A DNA stretch of 64,000 bases from an uncultured Pseudomonadales bacterium (lineage in GTDB: Bacteria; Patescibacteriota; Microgenomatia; UBA1400; CG1-02-47-37): positions 25,893-89,892 of the forward strand of contig CAZVYS010000001.1 in NCBI GenBank assembly GCA_964630755.1. The letters run 5' to 3'. Position 1 is the stretch's first letter. Each line of letters begins with the position of its first letter. The notes below the pieces were generated by a model that did no database searches, had not been told where the DNA came from, and worked only from the letters and a program-made list of their open reading frames with translations. The position numbers were made by a program, and so were the translations under genes. Below, piece after piece: positions 33,359 to 42,498 of the stretch.

Positions 33359-33367
33359 TGGTATAAT
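33359..33367 (+). promoter_or_regulatory. extended -10 promoter (TGGTATAAT) for rnpB
   Basis: TGnTATAAT match, 6-7 nt upstream of the predicted RNase P RNA 5' end. Confidence 0.45.
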
Positions 33368-33373
33368 ATAAGG

Positions 33374-33758
33374 GCTAGGAAGTGTGGTGATGCTCCGATG
33401 TAACTTCGGAGAGGAAAGTCCAGACTGCAGAAAGCAGAGTGTCCCGATATAACGTCGGGAGGAAGGAGCCGCGCTTTAGGGTTCTTTGACAGTGAAGCCA
33501 CAGAGACGAGATCTCCGATGACCTAATCGGTAACGGAGATGTGAAACGTTTAATATCACAGTTGGTATTGAAATCACTCCGATGTTACATCGGAGGGTGG
33601 TAATTCTCCTTGCAGCAACTTCCGAATGATCCCTCACTAGGTGCTTTCACGAGCCTGCCAACAGGCAGACAGGGATCAAAGTTTGAAGGCCTAGATAGAT
33701 GTCACCTCAATCCTGATTAAATCAGGACGAGACAAAATCTGGCTTACAGCTTCCTAGC
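33374..33758 (+). ncRNA. rnpB: RNase P RNA (bacterial type A-like)
   Basis: P4 core GAGGAAAGUCC; ...CAGUGAAGCCACAGAGA... (the P9/P10 AGUGNAACAGARA region); GGUAACGGAGAUGUGAAACG (compare GGUAAGGGUGAAAGGGUG); a 9-bp P1 between GCUAGGAAG (33374-33382) and CUUCCUAGC (33750-33758). Length is 385 nt in a 460-nt non-coding gap. Confidence 0.6.
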
Positions 33759-34760
33759 AAACAAAAGCACTCTTTTTAGAGTGTTTTTGTTTATTATTAT
33801 GGAAATCAACAACAAGGCAGCAAAACTAATAAACACTGGCGTTAACGGCACCTCTGATAAATCAAAGTTGGCTAGATGAACTAAAACTGGATGAGATAAG
33901 TAAATTAAATATGAATGTTTTCCAAACCAGGAAATAATCTTATTATTTAAAGATTTTATTTGTGAATTCAGGAAAAATGAAATAAAACCAAACGAGTATA
34001 ATAACTGAGGTATTTTGGCAAATCGAATAGCTAGAACAATGTTTTTTGAAAATTGCAAATACTGATGAGTGTCAATAATTGAAAGAATTAAACCGATAAT
34101 TAGTAGTAGTAAGCTGATTTTTTTTGAGATAAAAGACTTTACTCTGGCAAGATAAATTCCAAGAATAAAATAAAAGATCCAGGTTAGAAAAATTGTGTTT
34201 TGGATTTGATCTGAAGGTGGATTTTGAGAAAAAGAAAAATAACTATATAAGCCAAGTTGAGCAATTAAACTGGCCATTAAAGTTAATTTTAACTTAGATA
34301 GTGATAGTTTATGGATAAAAGGAAAGAGTAAATATAACTGCAAGATAACAGAGACAAAATAGAGATGATAATCAGCCCAACCTAATAGCAATATTTTCCA
34401 AACAGGACCTGTTTCAAGAACTTTCCACCAAGGGTCAATATATTCTGATAAAAAAAGGTAATAAGCTGACCAAATTAAGTATAAGGGCAATATTTTAGTA
34501 AGACGGGATTGGTAGAACTTTAATAGTTTAATTTTTTGGTTTAAATATTTTAAACTTAATCCGAAGCCTGAAAGAAAAATAAAGATTGGAACACAGAAAC
34601 GTAAAGCTTGATTAACTGAAATAAAAAGTAAATTGGTCGGATAGGTAAAAACAGCTTGAGGGGGTACAAAGGTAAGTAAATGAAGGCCAATAACAGCCAA
34701 GATGGCTAAGCCTTTTAACTGAAGTGAAATATCCTTATCTTTATTGAGAATAGTTGACAT
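33744..34760 (-). CDS. acyltransferase family 3 (OafA-like) integral membrane protein
   Basis: About 10 transmembrane helices. The N-terminal LKGLAILAVIGLHL is typical of Acyl_transf_3. Confidence 0.5.
   Translation of the reverse strand: MSTILNKDKDISLQLKGLAILAVIGLHLLTFVPPQAVFTYPTNLLFISVNQALRFCVPIFIFLSGFGLSLKYLNQKIKLLKFYQSRLTKILPLYLIWSAYYLFLSEYIDPWWKVLETGPVWKILLLGWADYHLYFVSVILQLYLLFPFIHKLSLSKLKLTLMASLIAQLGLYSYFSFSQNPPSDQIQNTIFLTWIFYFILGIYLARVKSFISKKISLLLLIIGLILSIIDTHQYLQFSKNIVLAIRFAKIPQLLYSFGFISFFLNSQIKSLNNKIISWFGKHSYLIYLSHPVLVHLANFDLSEVPLTPVFISFAALLLISIIINKNTLKRVLLFARKL
33767..33793 (+). terminator. Rho-independent terminator (GCACTC-TTTTTA-GAGTG followed by TTTTTGTTT) after rnpB
   Basis: Stem-loop plus T-run on the + strand. 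Overlaps the 3' end of the convergent acyltransferase CDS. Confidence 0.5.
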
Positions 34761-35737
34761 TACTTTTTATAATGCCGATGATATAAATCGTTAATAATTA
34801 TCTCGATAAACAAAACAGAAGGGACAGATAGGATAGCGCCAGGAATACCAGCTGTCTTGAAACCAATTAATAAGGAAATAATAATTACTAATGGGCTTAA
34901 ACCAACGGCCTTGGACATAATTTTAGGAACAATAAAATTATTCTCGAGTTGTTGAATAAGAAAATATAAAGCAAAAACAGCTAAGGCCAAAACCGGAGAA
35001 GTGCCTAAGGCCACTAATACAGCTGGAATCATTGAGACAGTCGGGCCAATATTAGGAATAATTTCAAGCATGCCAGCAAGAAAAGCTAAAGGAACGGCAA
35101 ACTCAACTCCTAAAAAGGTTAAGCCAAGGTATGACATCATGCCAACTATTAGCATTAAAGCTAGTTGGCCTCGCATCCAAGAACCTAGTTTGCTCTCAAG
35201 TTTTTCGATTAAATCTTCTGCGTGTTTTTCTGTTCCATTGTTTCCGAGCATAAAAACAAGATATTTATGAAGATTTTTTCTTTCCATAATTAAGTAAAAA
35301 ACTATAACCATAAAAGTAAAAAGGCCAGCCACATTAGCAAAGGTGCTAACAGCAATTTTTAAAATCTGTTCTGGAAGGGCATTAAGGTGAGAATTAAAGA
35401 TAGAGACGTCGAAACGACCCTGGCTTAGATTGGCAATATCTTGAGGTAAGCGGGTGATAAACTTGGTTGTTTGTTCGACTAATGGAGGAACAAGAGAAGC
35501 AATGCCGTAACTAATACCAGTCCAAATAAGTATATAAATAAGTAAAATACTTAACCCTCTTGGAACTTTAAGCTTTTCTAGCTTATCAACAATCGGGCTT
35601 AAGGCAGACATAAAAATAATCGCAATAAATATTAGCAACAATATGTTTCTGATTTGAAATAAAAACCACAAAAATATTAAAAAGAAGGCAGTAAAAATAA
35701 TGGTTTTGTGAGAGATTTCGATTTTGGCTGGCTTCAT
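34760..35737 (-). CDS. AI-2E family transporter (PerM/UPF0118-like)
   Basis: An approximately 325-aa polytopic membrane protein with the N-terminal pattern ...LLLIFIAIIFMSALSPIVDKLEKLKVPRGLSILLIYI characteristic of AI-2E. Confidence 0.5.
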   Translation of the reverse strand: MKPAKIEISHKTIIFTAFFLIFLWFLFQIRNILLLIFIAIIFMSALSPIVDKLEKLKVPRGLSILLIYILIWTGISYGIASLVPPLVEQTTKFITRLPQDIANLSQGRFDVSIFNSHLNALPEQILKIAVSTFANVAGLFTFMVIVFYLIMERKNLHKYLVFMLGNNGTEKHAEDLIEKLESKLGSWMRGQLALMLIVGMMSYLGLTFLGVEFAVPLAFLAGMLEIIPNIGPTVSMIPAVLVALGTSPVLALAVFALYFLIQQLENNFIVPKIMSKAVGLSPLVIIISLLIGFKTAGIPGAILSVPSVLFIEIIINDLYHRHYKK

Positions 35738-35740
35738 ATA

Positions 35741-36688
35741 CTATTTAGTATACCAAGACTTTAGTTGAGTGACTACTATTTGAGGATAGTTATGACTATT
35801 GATATTAAACCATTTAATGTAGGGTTTTTTATGAAACCAAGTTATTTGGCGACGAAGATATTGTTTTTCAGCTGTTGTCCAGGATTTAATAACTTTATCT
35901 ATGTTAATATTTTTCTTAAAATAAGGCTGCCATTGTTTATATCCCATGGCTGACATAGACGGTAAATTCCAAGAATAGCCAGCTTTGATTAGTGATTCAA
36001 CTTCTGCTTTGGAATTAGCGCTAATTCTATCAAGAACTCTTTTCTCAACTCTATTATCTAAGTTTTTTTTATTAGCAGTTAAACCAACCCAAAATTGATC
36101 AGATTCTGCAAGATTCAGTCTTTTTGTTTTCTTAACCTTCAAGGTCGGACCCTTAAGGTTAATTTCGATAGCCCGAATTAGTCGACGTGGATTATGTTGA
36201 TCAGAATGATTCATTTTTTGATATTTATCAAAATCTAGTTTTTTTAGTTTTTTTTGAAGACTGAGAACATTTAATTTACTTAACTGCTGGCGTAAAACTT
36301 GGTTAGCAGGAATGGCAATGGTGTTTAGTGGTTTTGTTAAAGCCTGAAGATACAAACCAGTACCGCCAACAAGAATAGGCAATTCTCTGGCAGTCCAAAT
36401 CTTTTTAATTCTAGGGATAGCAAAGTTTATAAAATGAGCGACAGAAAAATCCTGATTTGGTTTAACTAAATCGTAACCCCAGACTTTAATTTTTTTGATT
36501 AAATAATGTCCATCTTTATATTGTTTAGCTTTTTGAGGTAAATCTTTGCCTGTGCCAATATCCATTCCTTTATAAACTTGACGAGAATCAGCTGAGATAA
36601 TCTGACCTGAAAAGATCTTACTTAATTTTAAAGCCAAATTGGTTTTGCCAGTGGCAGTTGAACCACAAATAATTAGAAGTTTTTTCAT
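35741..36688 (-). CDS. miaA: tRNA dimethylallyltransferase MiaA (with an in-frame palindromic element)
   Basis: P-loop LLIICGSTATGKT, DSRQVYKGMDIGT. The element encodes INLKGPTLKVKK. Confidence 0.8.
   Translation of the reverse strand: MKKLLIICGSTATGKTNLALKLSKIFSGQIISADSRQVYKGMDIGTGKDLPQKAKQYKDGHYLIKKIKVWGYDLVKPNQDFSVAHFINFAIPRIKKIWTARELPILVGGTGLYLQALTKPLNTIAIPANQVLRQQLSKLNVLSLQKKLKKLDFDKYQKMNHSDQHNPRRLIRAIEINLKGPTLKVKKTKRLNLAESDQFWVGLTANKKNLDNRVEKRVLDRISANSKAEVESLIKAGYSWNLPSMSAMGYKQWQPYFKKNINIDKVIKSWTTAEKQYLRRQITWFHKKPYIKWFNINSHNYPQIVVTQLKSWYTK
36133..36159. repeat. palindromic element copy (AACCTTCAAGGTCGGACCCTTAAGGTT), in-frame in miaA
   Basis: CCTTCAAGG / CCTTAAGG arms with a GGTCGGACC core. 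Confidence 0.65.
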
Positions 36689-37827
36689 TTGATTACTTTT
36701 GGTCTTGCCCTAAGATATTTTTTATTAATTAATTTTTCTAAAATATCCCAACGGCGTTTTTTTTCTTTTGGCGGAACGTTATCAGGATAGTGCTTGCTGG
36801 CGAAAGTGTGAGGTCGAGGAGAATACTGAGCTACAAAAGCAACCTTAAAATCAACTTTTCGAGCAAGCTTAACAGTGTCCTGAAAATCTTTTTCAGTTTC
36901 GCCTGGAAAACCGACAATAATATCTGTGCCGATTTCTGCTTTTGGAATTTTTATTCTAATTTTATTAATTAGTGCAAGGTATTGTTTTCGAGTATAACCT
37001 CTGTTCATCTTTTTTAATATTTTGTTTGATCCTGATTGAACTGGTAGATAGATAAATCGATCAATTCGATTATTTCTGGCGATACAGTTGATTAATTGAT
37101 CAGAAAAATCCCAAGGGTTAGAGGTTAAAAATCTTAGTTTTTTAATTTGTTTAAACTCAAGAATTTTTTCTAATAGCTTGACAAAAGGCGGTTTAGCTTT
37201 AAAAGTTTTATATTGTGATTGATTGGTGGGTAATTTTATTTTATTGCCATCCATTAATATTTTTCTTAAACCAATGCCAAGTTTTTCTAATCCGTATGAA
37301 TTAACGTTTTGACCAACTAGAGTAATTTCAAAATAGCCTTTTTCTACTAAATTTTCCACTTCTTCTAAAATATCTCTCATGGGCCTTGATACTTCTCTCC
37401 CTCTTGAAAAAGGAACTATACAGTAGGTGCAAAATGAATTACAGCCATTACTGATCGGTATCCAGGCATGGTGCTTATCGCGCCTGATAGCTTCTTGATT
37501 AAAACCAACTTCGTCTATCGGTAAGATTTCGTCAACAAAAGGAAGCATTTTAAGTAGTTTTTCTTCACCATGATGAATCATGCAACCAGTTAAAATAATT
37601 TTAGGCTTTTGCTTGTTCTTTAAGTTCTCTTTTAAGTTGTAGAGAAAACCAACAGCTTTGTCTTCAGCTCTTTGCCTGACACTGCAGGTGTTAATTACAA
37701 TCTCGTCTGCCTTGGCAGCTGATTTTGCTTTCTTAAACCCCCTGCTCTGGTAATCACCAGCAATCCGCTCTGAGTCGGCTTTGTTCATTTGGCAGCCAAA
37801 AGTATGAATATAGTATTTTTTCGACAT
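36685..37827 (-). CDS. miaB: tRNA-i6A37 methylthiotransferase MiaB (radical SAM)
   Basis: N-terminal MTTase domain (FGCQMN), radical SAM C-x3-C-x2-C (CNSFCTYCIVP) and a TRAM-like C-terminus. Adjacent to miaA. Confidence 0.75.
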   Translation of the reverse strand: MSKKYYIHTFGCQMNKADSERIAGDYQSRGFKKAKSAAKADEIVINTCSVRQRAEDKAVGFLYNLKENLKNKQKPKIILTGCMIHHGEEKLLKMLPFVDEILPIDEVGFNQEAIRRDKHHAWIPISNGCNSFCTYCIVPFSRGREVSRPMRDILEEVENLVEKGYFEITLVGQNVNSYGLEKLGIGLRKILMDGNKIKLPTNQSQYKTFKAKPPFVKLLEKILEFKQIKKLRFLTSNPWDFSDQLINCIARNNRIDRFIYLPVQSGSNKILKKMNRGYTRKQYLALINKIRIKIPKAEIGTDIIVGFPGETEKDFQDTVKLARKVDFKVAFVAQYSPRPHTFASKHYPDNVPPKEKKRRWDILEKLINKKYLRARPKVIK

Positions 37828-37886
37828 GAGATATTTTAACAGATAAAATATCTATTCCTATCACACTCCCGGAATGTGATAGTTTA

Positions 37887-38693
37887 TTACGAAGAGGCAG
37901 AAGAGTATTTAGTTAGAGCGAGTTGCCAAAACTTAATTGAGATATAAAAAACGATAATTGAGGCAAAAAATGAGGCTATAATAGCTGGAAGTGTAAGTAA
38001 ACCCAATAACACTTTGGCGGGAATAGTAAATACCAGAGAAATTGGTATCACAAAAGTTAAAAAGGCACGAATAAAATTAAGATAAATATCGACAGGAACA
38101 CGACCCATAGAAGCTAGATCACGGAAAATCCAGATAGTATGATCTACTTCTGTAGTTAAAACGCCAATAGCAGCAACAATTATATGGATGGCGGTAATGG
38201 TAAAAAATGAAGCCAGGCCCAAAAATAGAAAATAGAGAATATTAGATGAAGGGAAATGAAAGGTTTTAATAATAAGCATCACAATAACCAGAATTAAGAT
38301 GGGTAAATCAAGAAAGTCAGTGTGTTTAGTTAAAGCGTTAAATAAAGGGCTGATGGGTTTAATGAGCTTATAATCAAAAGTGCCAGTGATAATATCTTGC
38401 CGAAACCAATAAATACCTCTAAAGAAAAATTGAGCTAGCAAGTCAAAAAGATTGAAAACTAAAAAGAAAATAACTAACTGGTCAAAGGTGTAACCAGAAA
38501 CTAAGGTGAGCCTGGTTTTTAAGATTAATAAAAACCAAAGAAAAAAAGTAAAACGAATTAACTTACCAGTTAAAAATAAAAATGATGACAAACGAGTGCT
38601 TAATAGGCTTTGTAAAGACATCAAGCTATGCTTAGTCCAATAAAGCCAGTAAATTCTTAATCTTTTTAACATTTTAACGACCATAAGCACCAT
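37887..38693 (-). CDS. ABC-2 family transporter permease (type Y, paralog of 40540-41328)
   Basis: Six-transmembrane protein; shares the C-terminal ...(K)YSSASS motif with 40540-41328. Confidence 0.5.
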   Translation of the reverse strand: MVLMVVKMLKRLRIYWLYWTKHSLMSLQSLLSTRLSSFLFLTGKLIRFTFFLWFLLILKTRLTLVSGYTFDQLVIFFLVFNLFDLLAQFFFRGIYWFRQDIITGTFDYKLIKPISPLFNALTKHTDFLDLPILILVIVMLIIKTFHFPSSNILYFLFLGLASFFTITAIHIIVAAIGVLTTEVDHTIWIFRDLASMGRVPVDIYLNFIRAFLTFVIPISLVFTIPAKVLLGLLTLPAIIASFFASIIVFYISIKFWQLALTKYSSASS

Positions 38694-39471
38694 AAGTTTT
38701 TAGGCCCTTTTTCCAAATTAAACGAGAAAGTTTATAAAGCACGGCAATCCAAATCAACATAATCAATAGAGTGGCGTAGATTTGAACTGGATTTAGCCGA
38801 CCTAAATAGATTTGAACTGGATAAAAAACTAAATAAGCTGGAGGGAGGTAGCGGATGATATTAAAAGCTGCAGTTGGCAAAATATCTAATGGGAATAGTC
38901 CGCCAGCAATAAATTCAATAATCATAAAGACAAAAAACCGCAATGGCCAGCCGTTGTGTTCTGGATACCAAAAGGCAAAACTACTAACTATAAAACTAAA
39001 AAGAAAGTACATGATGATGGCCAAGATAGTTGCGAGAATAAACGTAGATATTAATAGCCAGCTTCTCTGAAGAACTAAAGGAGGTTTAATGATTAAGATA
39101 AAAATGAAAAGTTCTACAGATAAAAATAAAATATTCAATAGTTTATCTGCTAAGTCCCGACTGAGCCAACTTTTTAGGTAGTTAATTGGTTTAACTAGAT
39201 AGTTGTTAAGATCACCATTGGCGATTTCGGCGCCAACATAAGTGCTACGAGATGAAAATACAAAAGTCCTTAAAACTGAAGTGCCGATAATATAAGTTAA
39301 CATTATTGATTTGGAGTAATCAAAAATTTCACTTTGATTAGTAAAAATGGCTATCCAAAGAAAGTAAACAGCAAAAAACTGCAAAACAGTTCTGACCCGC
39401 CACATGATGAAGTTAAGTCGGTAAACAAATGCATCCTGCCAGCTTATTCTGAAAATCTGAAAATATTTCAT
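38674..39471 (-). CDS. ABC-2 family transporter permease (type X, paralog of 41329-42129)
   Basis: Six-transmembrane protein similar in length and profile to 41329-42129. Confidence 0.5.
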   Translation of the reverse strand: MKYFQIFRISWQDAFVYRLNFIMWRVRTVLQFFAVYFLWIAIFTNQSEIFDYSKSIMLTYIIGTSVLRTFVFSSRSTYVGAEIANGDLNNYLVKPINYLKSWLSRDLADKLLNILFLSVELFIFILIIKPPLVLQRSWLLISTFILATILAIIMYFLFSFIVSSFAFWYPEHNGWPLRFFVFMIIEFIAGGLFPLDILPTAAFNIIRYLPPAYLVFYPVQIYLGRLNPVQIYATLLIMLIWIAVLYKLSRLIWKKGLKTYGAYGR

Positions 39472-39519
39472 AAGTCAAGGCTCCGAACTGACATAAAGTT
39501 ACGGAACCTTAGGTTATTT

Positions 39520-40509
39520 TTAGGACAAATCACGACCAGTAAAAACTTCACGAATTATATCTTCGATCGAAGACTCAAGAATATTTAAGTCGGCAACAGG
39601 GAATTTTTCTAATAGTTTAGCGGCGACTGGATTGACTGATCGTCTTTTAACTGAAAAAACAACCTGGTGAGGATCATATTGTTTAATTTTAGCGGCTTTG
39701 ATAATACTAAATTGTTTTTTTTCAACAACTTTTGAAAAAGTGACTTCTAGAATTTTTCGATCTGCGTATTTTTTAATAATTTCGTCTAATGCGCCGTCGA
39801 AAAAGATTTTACCTTTATCAATGATAATGACGCGGTCACATAATTCTTTGACATCATCCATATAGTGAGAAGTTAAAATGATAGTAGCTTTGAATTTTTG
39901 ATTGTATTCTTTAATAAAATCTCTGATCTTTTTTTGCATGACTACATCTAGACCAATAGTTGGCTCATCTAAAAATAAAACTTTTGGGGAATGAAGTAAG
40001 GCGGCAACAAGTTCGCATTTCATTCTCTGGCCAAGAGATAGTTTTCTAACCTGGACCTTGATAATGTCTTTTAGGTCAAGCATTTTGACTAAGTTTTTTA
40101 AGGTGTGGTCAAATTTCTTTTGAGGAACTTCGTAGATTTCTTTATTAAGAATAAAAGAGTCTAAGGCAGGCAGGTCCCACCAGAGTTGGTTTTTCTGGCC
40201 CATGACTAAAGAAAACTGCTTTTGAAATTCAGGCTTTCGATCAAAAGGAGTGTAATTTAAAACACTAACTTCACCAGCAGTTGGATATAAAAGACCTGAT
40301 AATACTTTTAAGGTAGTTGTTTTACCAGCGCCATTTGGACCAATAAAACCAACTAACTCCCCTTCTTTAATAGAAAAAGAAATATCATTAACAGCCTTAA
40401 CGTCTTCGTATTTTCGATTAAATAAAGATTTTAAAGAACCTTTTAAACCAGGTTCTTTTTGATAAACTTGGTAGTATTTTTTTAAGTTTTTAACTATGAT
40501 TAAAGACAT
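39520..40509 (-). CDS. ABC transporter ATP-binding protein
   Basis: Walker A GPNGAGKTT, signature LSLGQRMK, Walker B LFLDEPT, plus a C-terminal extension. Confidence 0.8.
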   Translation of the reverse strand: MSLIIVKNLKKYYQVYQKEPGLKGSLKSLFNRKYEDVKAVNDISFSIKEGELVGFIGPNGAGKTTTLKVLSGLLYPTAGEVSVLNYTPFDRKPEFQKQFSLVMGQKNQLWWDLPALDSFILNKEIYEVPQKKFDHTLKNLVKMLDLKDIIKVQVRKLSLGQRMKCELVAALLHSPKVLFLDEPTIGLDVVMQKKIRDFIKEYNQKFKATIILTSHYMDDVKELCDRVIIIDKGKIFFDGALDEIIKKYADRKILEVTFSKVVEKKQFSIIKAAKIKQYDPHQVVFSVKRRSVNPVAAKLLEKFPVADLNILESSIEDIIREVFTGRDLS

Positions 40510-40539
40510 AAAGCTATTTTAGCATGATTATTAGCATGA

Positions 40540-41328
40540 TTATGACGAGGCTGAGGTGTATGATTTTAAACAAAATCTCCAAGTCTTGTTTGATAAAAAA
40601 AGTAGAACAATTGAGATAAAAACTGCGTAAACCACCAACCAGCTTGATGGGCTAGAAACAATCACCTGAGTCGGAATAGTAGTAACAAAAGCTAAAGGGA
40701 ATATGAAAGTAAGTAAAAATTTAAATGCTTTTCCAGAGATATTTAAAGGTATGCGGCAAAGTTGATGAAAGGGTCTAAATAAATGGTGGATGTTATCTAC
40801 TCGACCCCACTTAAAAATTGGCATAAGAGATATAAACCAGAGCGAGTAAGTAATGGCTAAACCAGTGAATAACAAGATAATAAACTGAAATATTTGCAAA
40901 AATGAGATAGGTAAAAAATAGGATCTGATTAAGTAAATAATAATGACGATCATAGAGATATTGCTAAAAAAAGGGGCAAATGAAAATCGCCTTAAGGAAA
41001 TGTAAAACTGAGATGAAATTGGCTTAGTGAGAATGTAATCAAGCTTCCCAGTATTAACAATAGAAGTAAGGTCCCAAAAATTTAATTCAAAAAAACTATC
41101 AAAAATTCTATCGATTAGAAAATATATAGCAGTTAATAATAACATTGATTCTAGGGTCCAACCGTTAATAGAGTCAAGATGCTTATAGATAAATATAAAG
41201 GTTATAAAAACTACAAAAGCCCAAAGAAGGCCAACAAAATTTTGAAGTAAAAAATGTCCCCTAAATTCCATTTCTCTAGCAAGGCAGTTACGGAAAAATG
41301 ATATGTATAATTTAAGATAACGCTTCAT
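40540..41328 (-). CDS. ABC-2 family transporter permease (type Y)
   Basis: Six-transmembrane protein; ends ...SYTSASS. Confidence 0.5.
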   Translation of the reverse strand: MKRYLKLYISFFRNCLAREMEFRGHFLLQNFVGLLWAFVVFITFIFIYKHLDSINGWTLESMLLLTAIYFLIDRIFDSFFELNFWDLTSIVNTGKLDYILTKPISSQFYISLRRFSFAPFFSNISMIVIIIYLIRSYFLPISFLQIFQFIILLFTGLAITYSLWFISLMPIFKWGRVDNIHHLFRPFHQLCRIPLNISGKAFKFLLTFIFPLAFVTTIPTQVIVSSPSSWLVVYAVFISIVLLFLSNKTWRFCLKSYTSASS

Positions 41329-42129
41329 TTATCCCCCAAAGACATCGTAAGCCTTAAAGCCTTTTTTTAATACTAATTTATAAATCAGGTAAAAAACCAA
41401 ACACCAAATTAATTGGATTAGTAATCCAAGGCCGATGTGTGATAGTTGAGTAATTTTATTTAACATCAAAGATAAAGGGAAAAATAACATGTATTTAAAA
41501 GGCAAAAGATTAACTAGCTTTAAAAAAGTTGATGGAAATAAATCCAAAGGAATTAGTTCGCCACTAAAAAAGCTTGCCAGAATCTGATAAAAGAAAAACA
41601 GCCAACCAGATTCTAAAAACCAAACTGAAGATAAACCTAATGACATTTTAATGAAAAAATTGAGGAAAAAAGCAAAAAATAAACTAATCATAAAAGATAA
41701 AATATTAACAAAATTGAGACTGTAGTTTTCCCAGTAAGATTTGAAAAGCAAAAAGAAGATGAGGAAAATTGGAGCTAGAAAGATAATTCTGACTATTCGC
41801 CAAGAAATGGCGTCAGCGATTTTTTTAACGGTAATGCTAAATGGTTTGGTTAGATAGTTTGAAAAAACACCAGATTTAATTTCGTCTGACAAATGGTATT
41901 GCGGATGCGTGTCAACTAAATTATTAATAAACATAATGCCTAGATAGTAAATAATCATGCCTGAAGCAGAATAGCTACCAATTAGAGGTTTAGTTTGAAA
42001 AGCAGCTAGCCAAAAAATTAAAGAAACAGCAGCTGGGCCAATATCGTTTAACATCCAGATAAAACCAGTAGCTCGATAAATTAGAGCGTCAGAAATAGAA
42101 ATAGAGAAAAATGACCAAAACTTTTTCAT
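41329..42129 (-). CDS. ABC-2 family transporter permease (type X)
   Basis: Six-transmembrane protein. Confidence 0.5.
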   Translation of the reverse strand: MKKFWSFFSISISDALIYRATGFIWMLNDIGPAAVSLIFWLAAFQTKPLIGSYSASGMIIYYLGIMFINNLVDTHPQYHLSDEIKSGVFSNYLTKPFSITVKKIADAISWRIVRIIFLAPIFLIFFLLFKSYWENYSLNFVNILSFMISLFFAFFLNFFIKMSLGLSSVWFLESGWLFFFYQILASFFSGELIPLDLFPSTFLKLVNLLPFKYMLFFPLSLMLNKITQLSHIGLGLLIQLIWCLVFYLIYKLVLKKGFKAYDVFGG

Positions 42130-42158
42130 TATGAAATTGTAACACGGAGAAGAAAAGC

Positions 42159-42434
42159 TTATTTCTTGACTAAGCGTTTAAGAGTTTTACCAACCACAAA
42201 ACGAACTACTCGATGACCTTTGATGATTAAGTCTTCACCAGTTTGAGGATTTCGACCTTTTTTATCTTTTACTTTAGTAACTTTAAAAGTACCAAAGCCA
42301 GAAAGAACTACTTTTTCACCCTTGTTGATTTGCCTAATAGTTTCGTCTAAAAAAGCATCAATTGATTCTCGGGCGGCTTTTTTAGTTAAATGAGCCTTTT
42401 TAGCAACAATTTCAATAATTTCAGCTTTTGTCAT
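42159..42434 (-). CDS. hup: DNA-binding protein HU
   Basis: A 91-aa protein whose ...GFGTFKV...R.GRNPQTGE...I.. reads as a canonical HU/IHF fold. Confidence 0.85.
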   Translation of the reverse strand: MTKAEIIEIVAKKAHLTKKAARESIDAFLDETIRQINKGEKVVLSGFGTFKVTKVKDKKGRNPQTGEDLIIKGHRVVRFVVGKTLKRLVKK

Positions 42435-42498
42435 AATAAAATGATAATAGCTGATATATCAGCCTAAATCAAGTAGCAATTTAAGTATTTAAAGTGTA

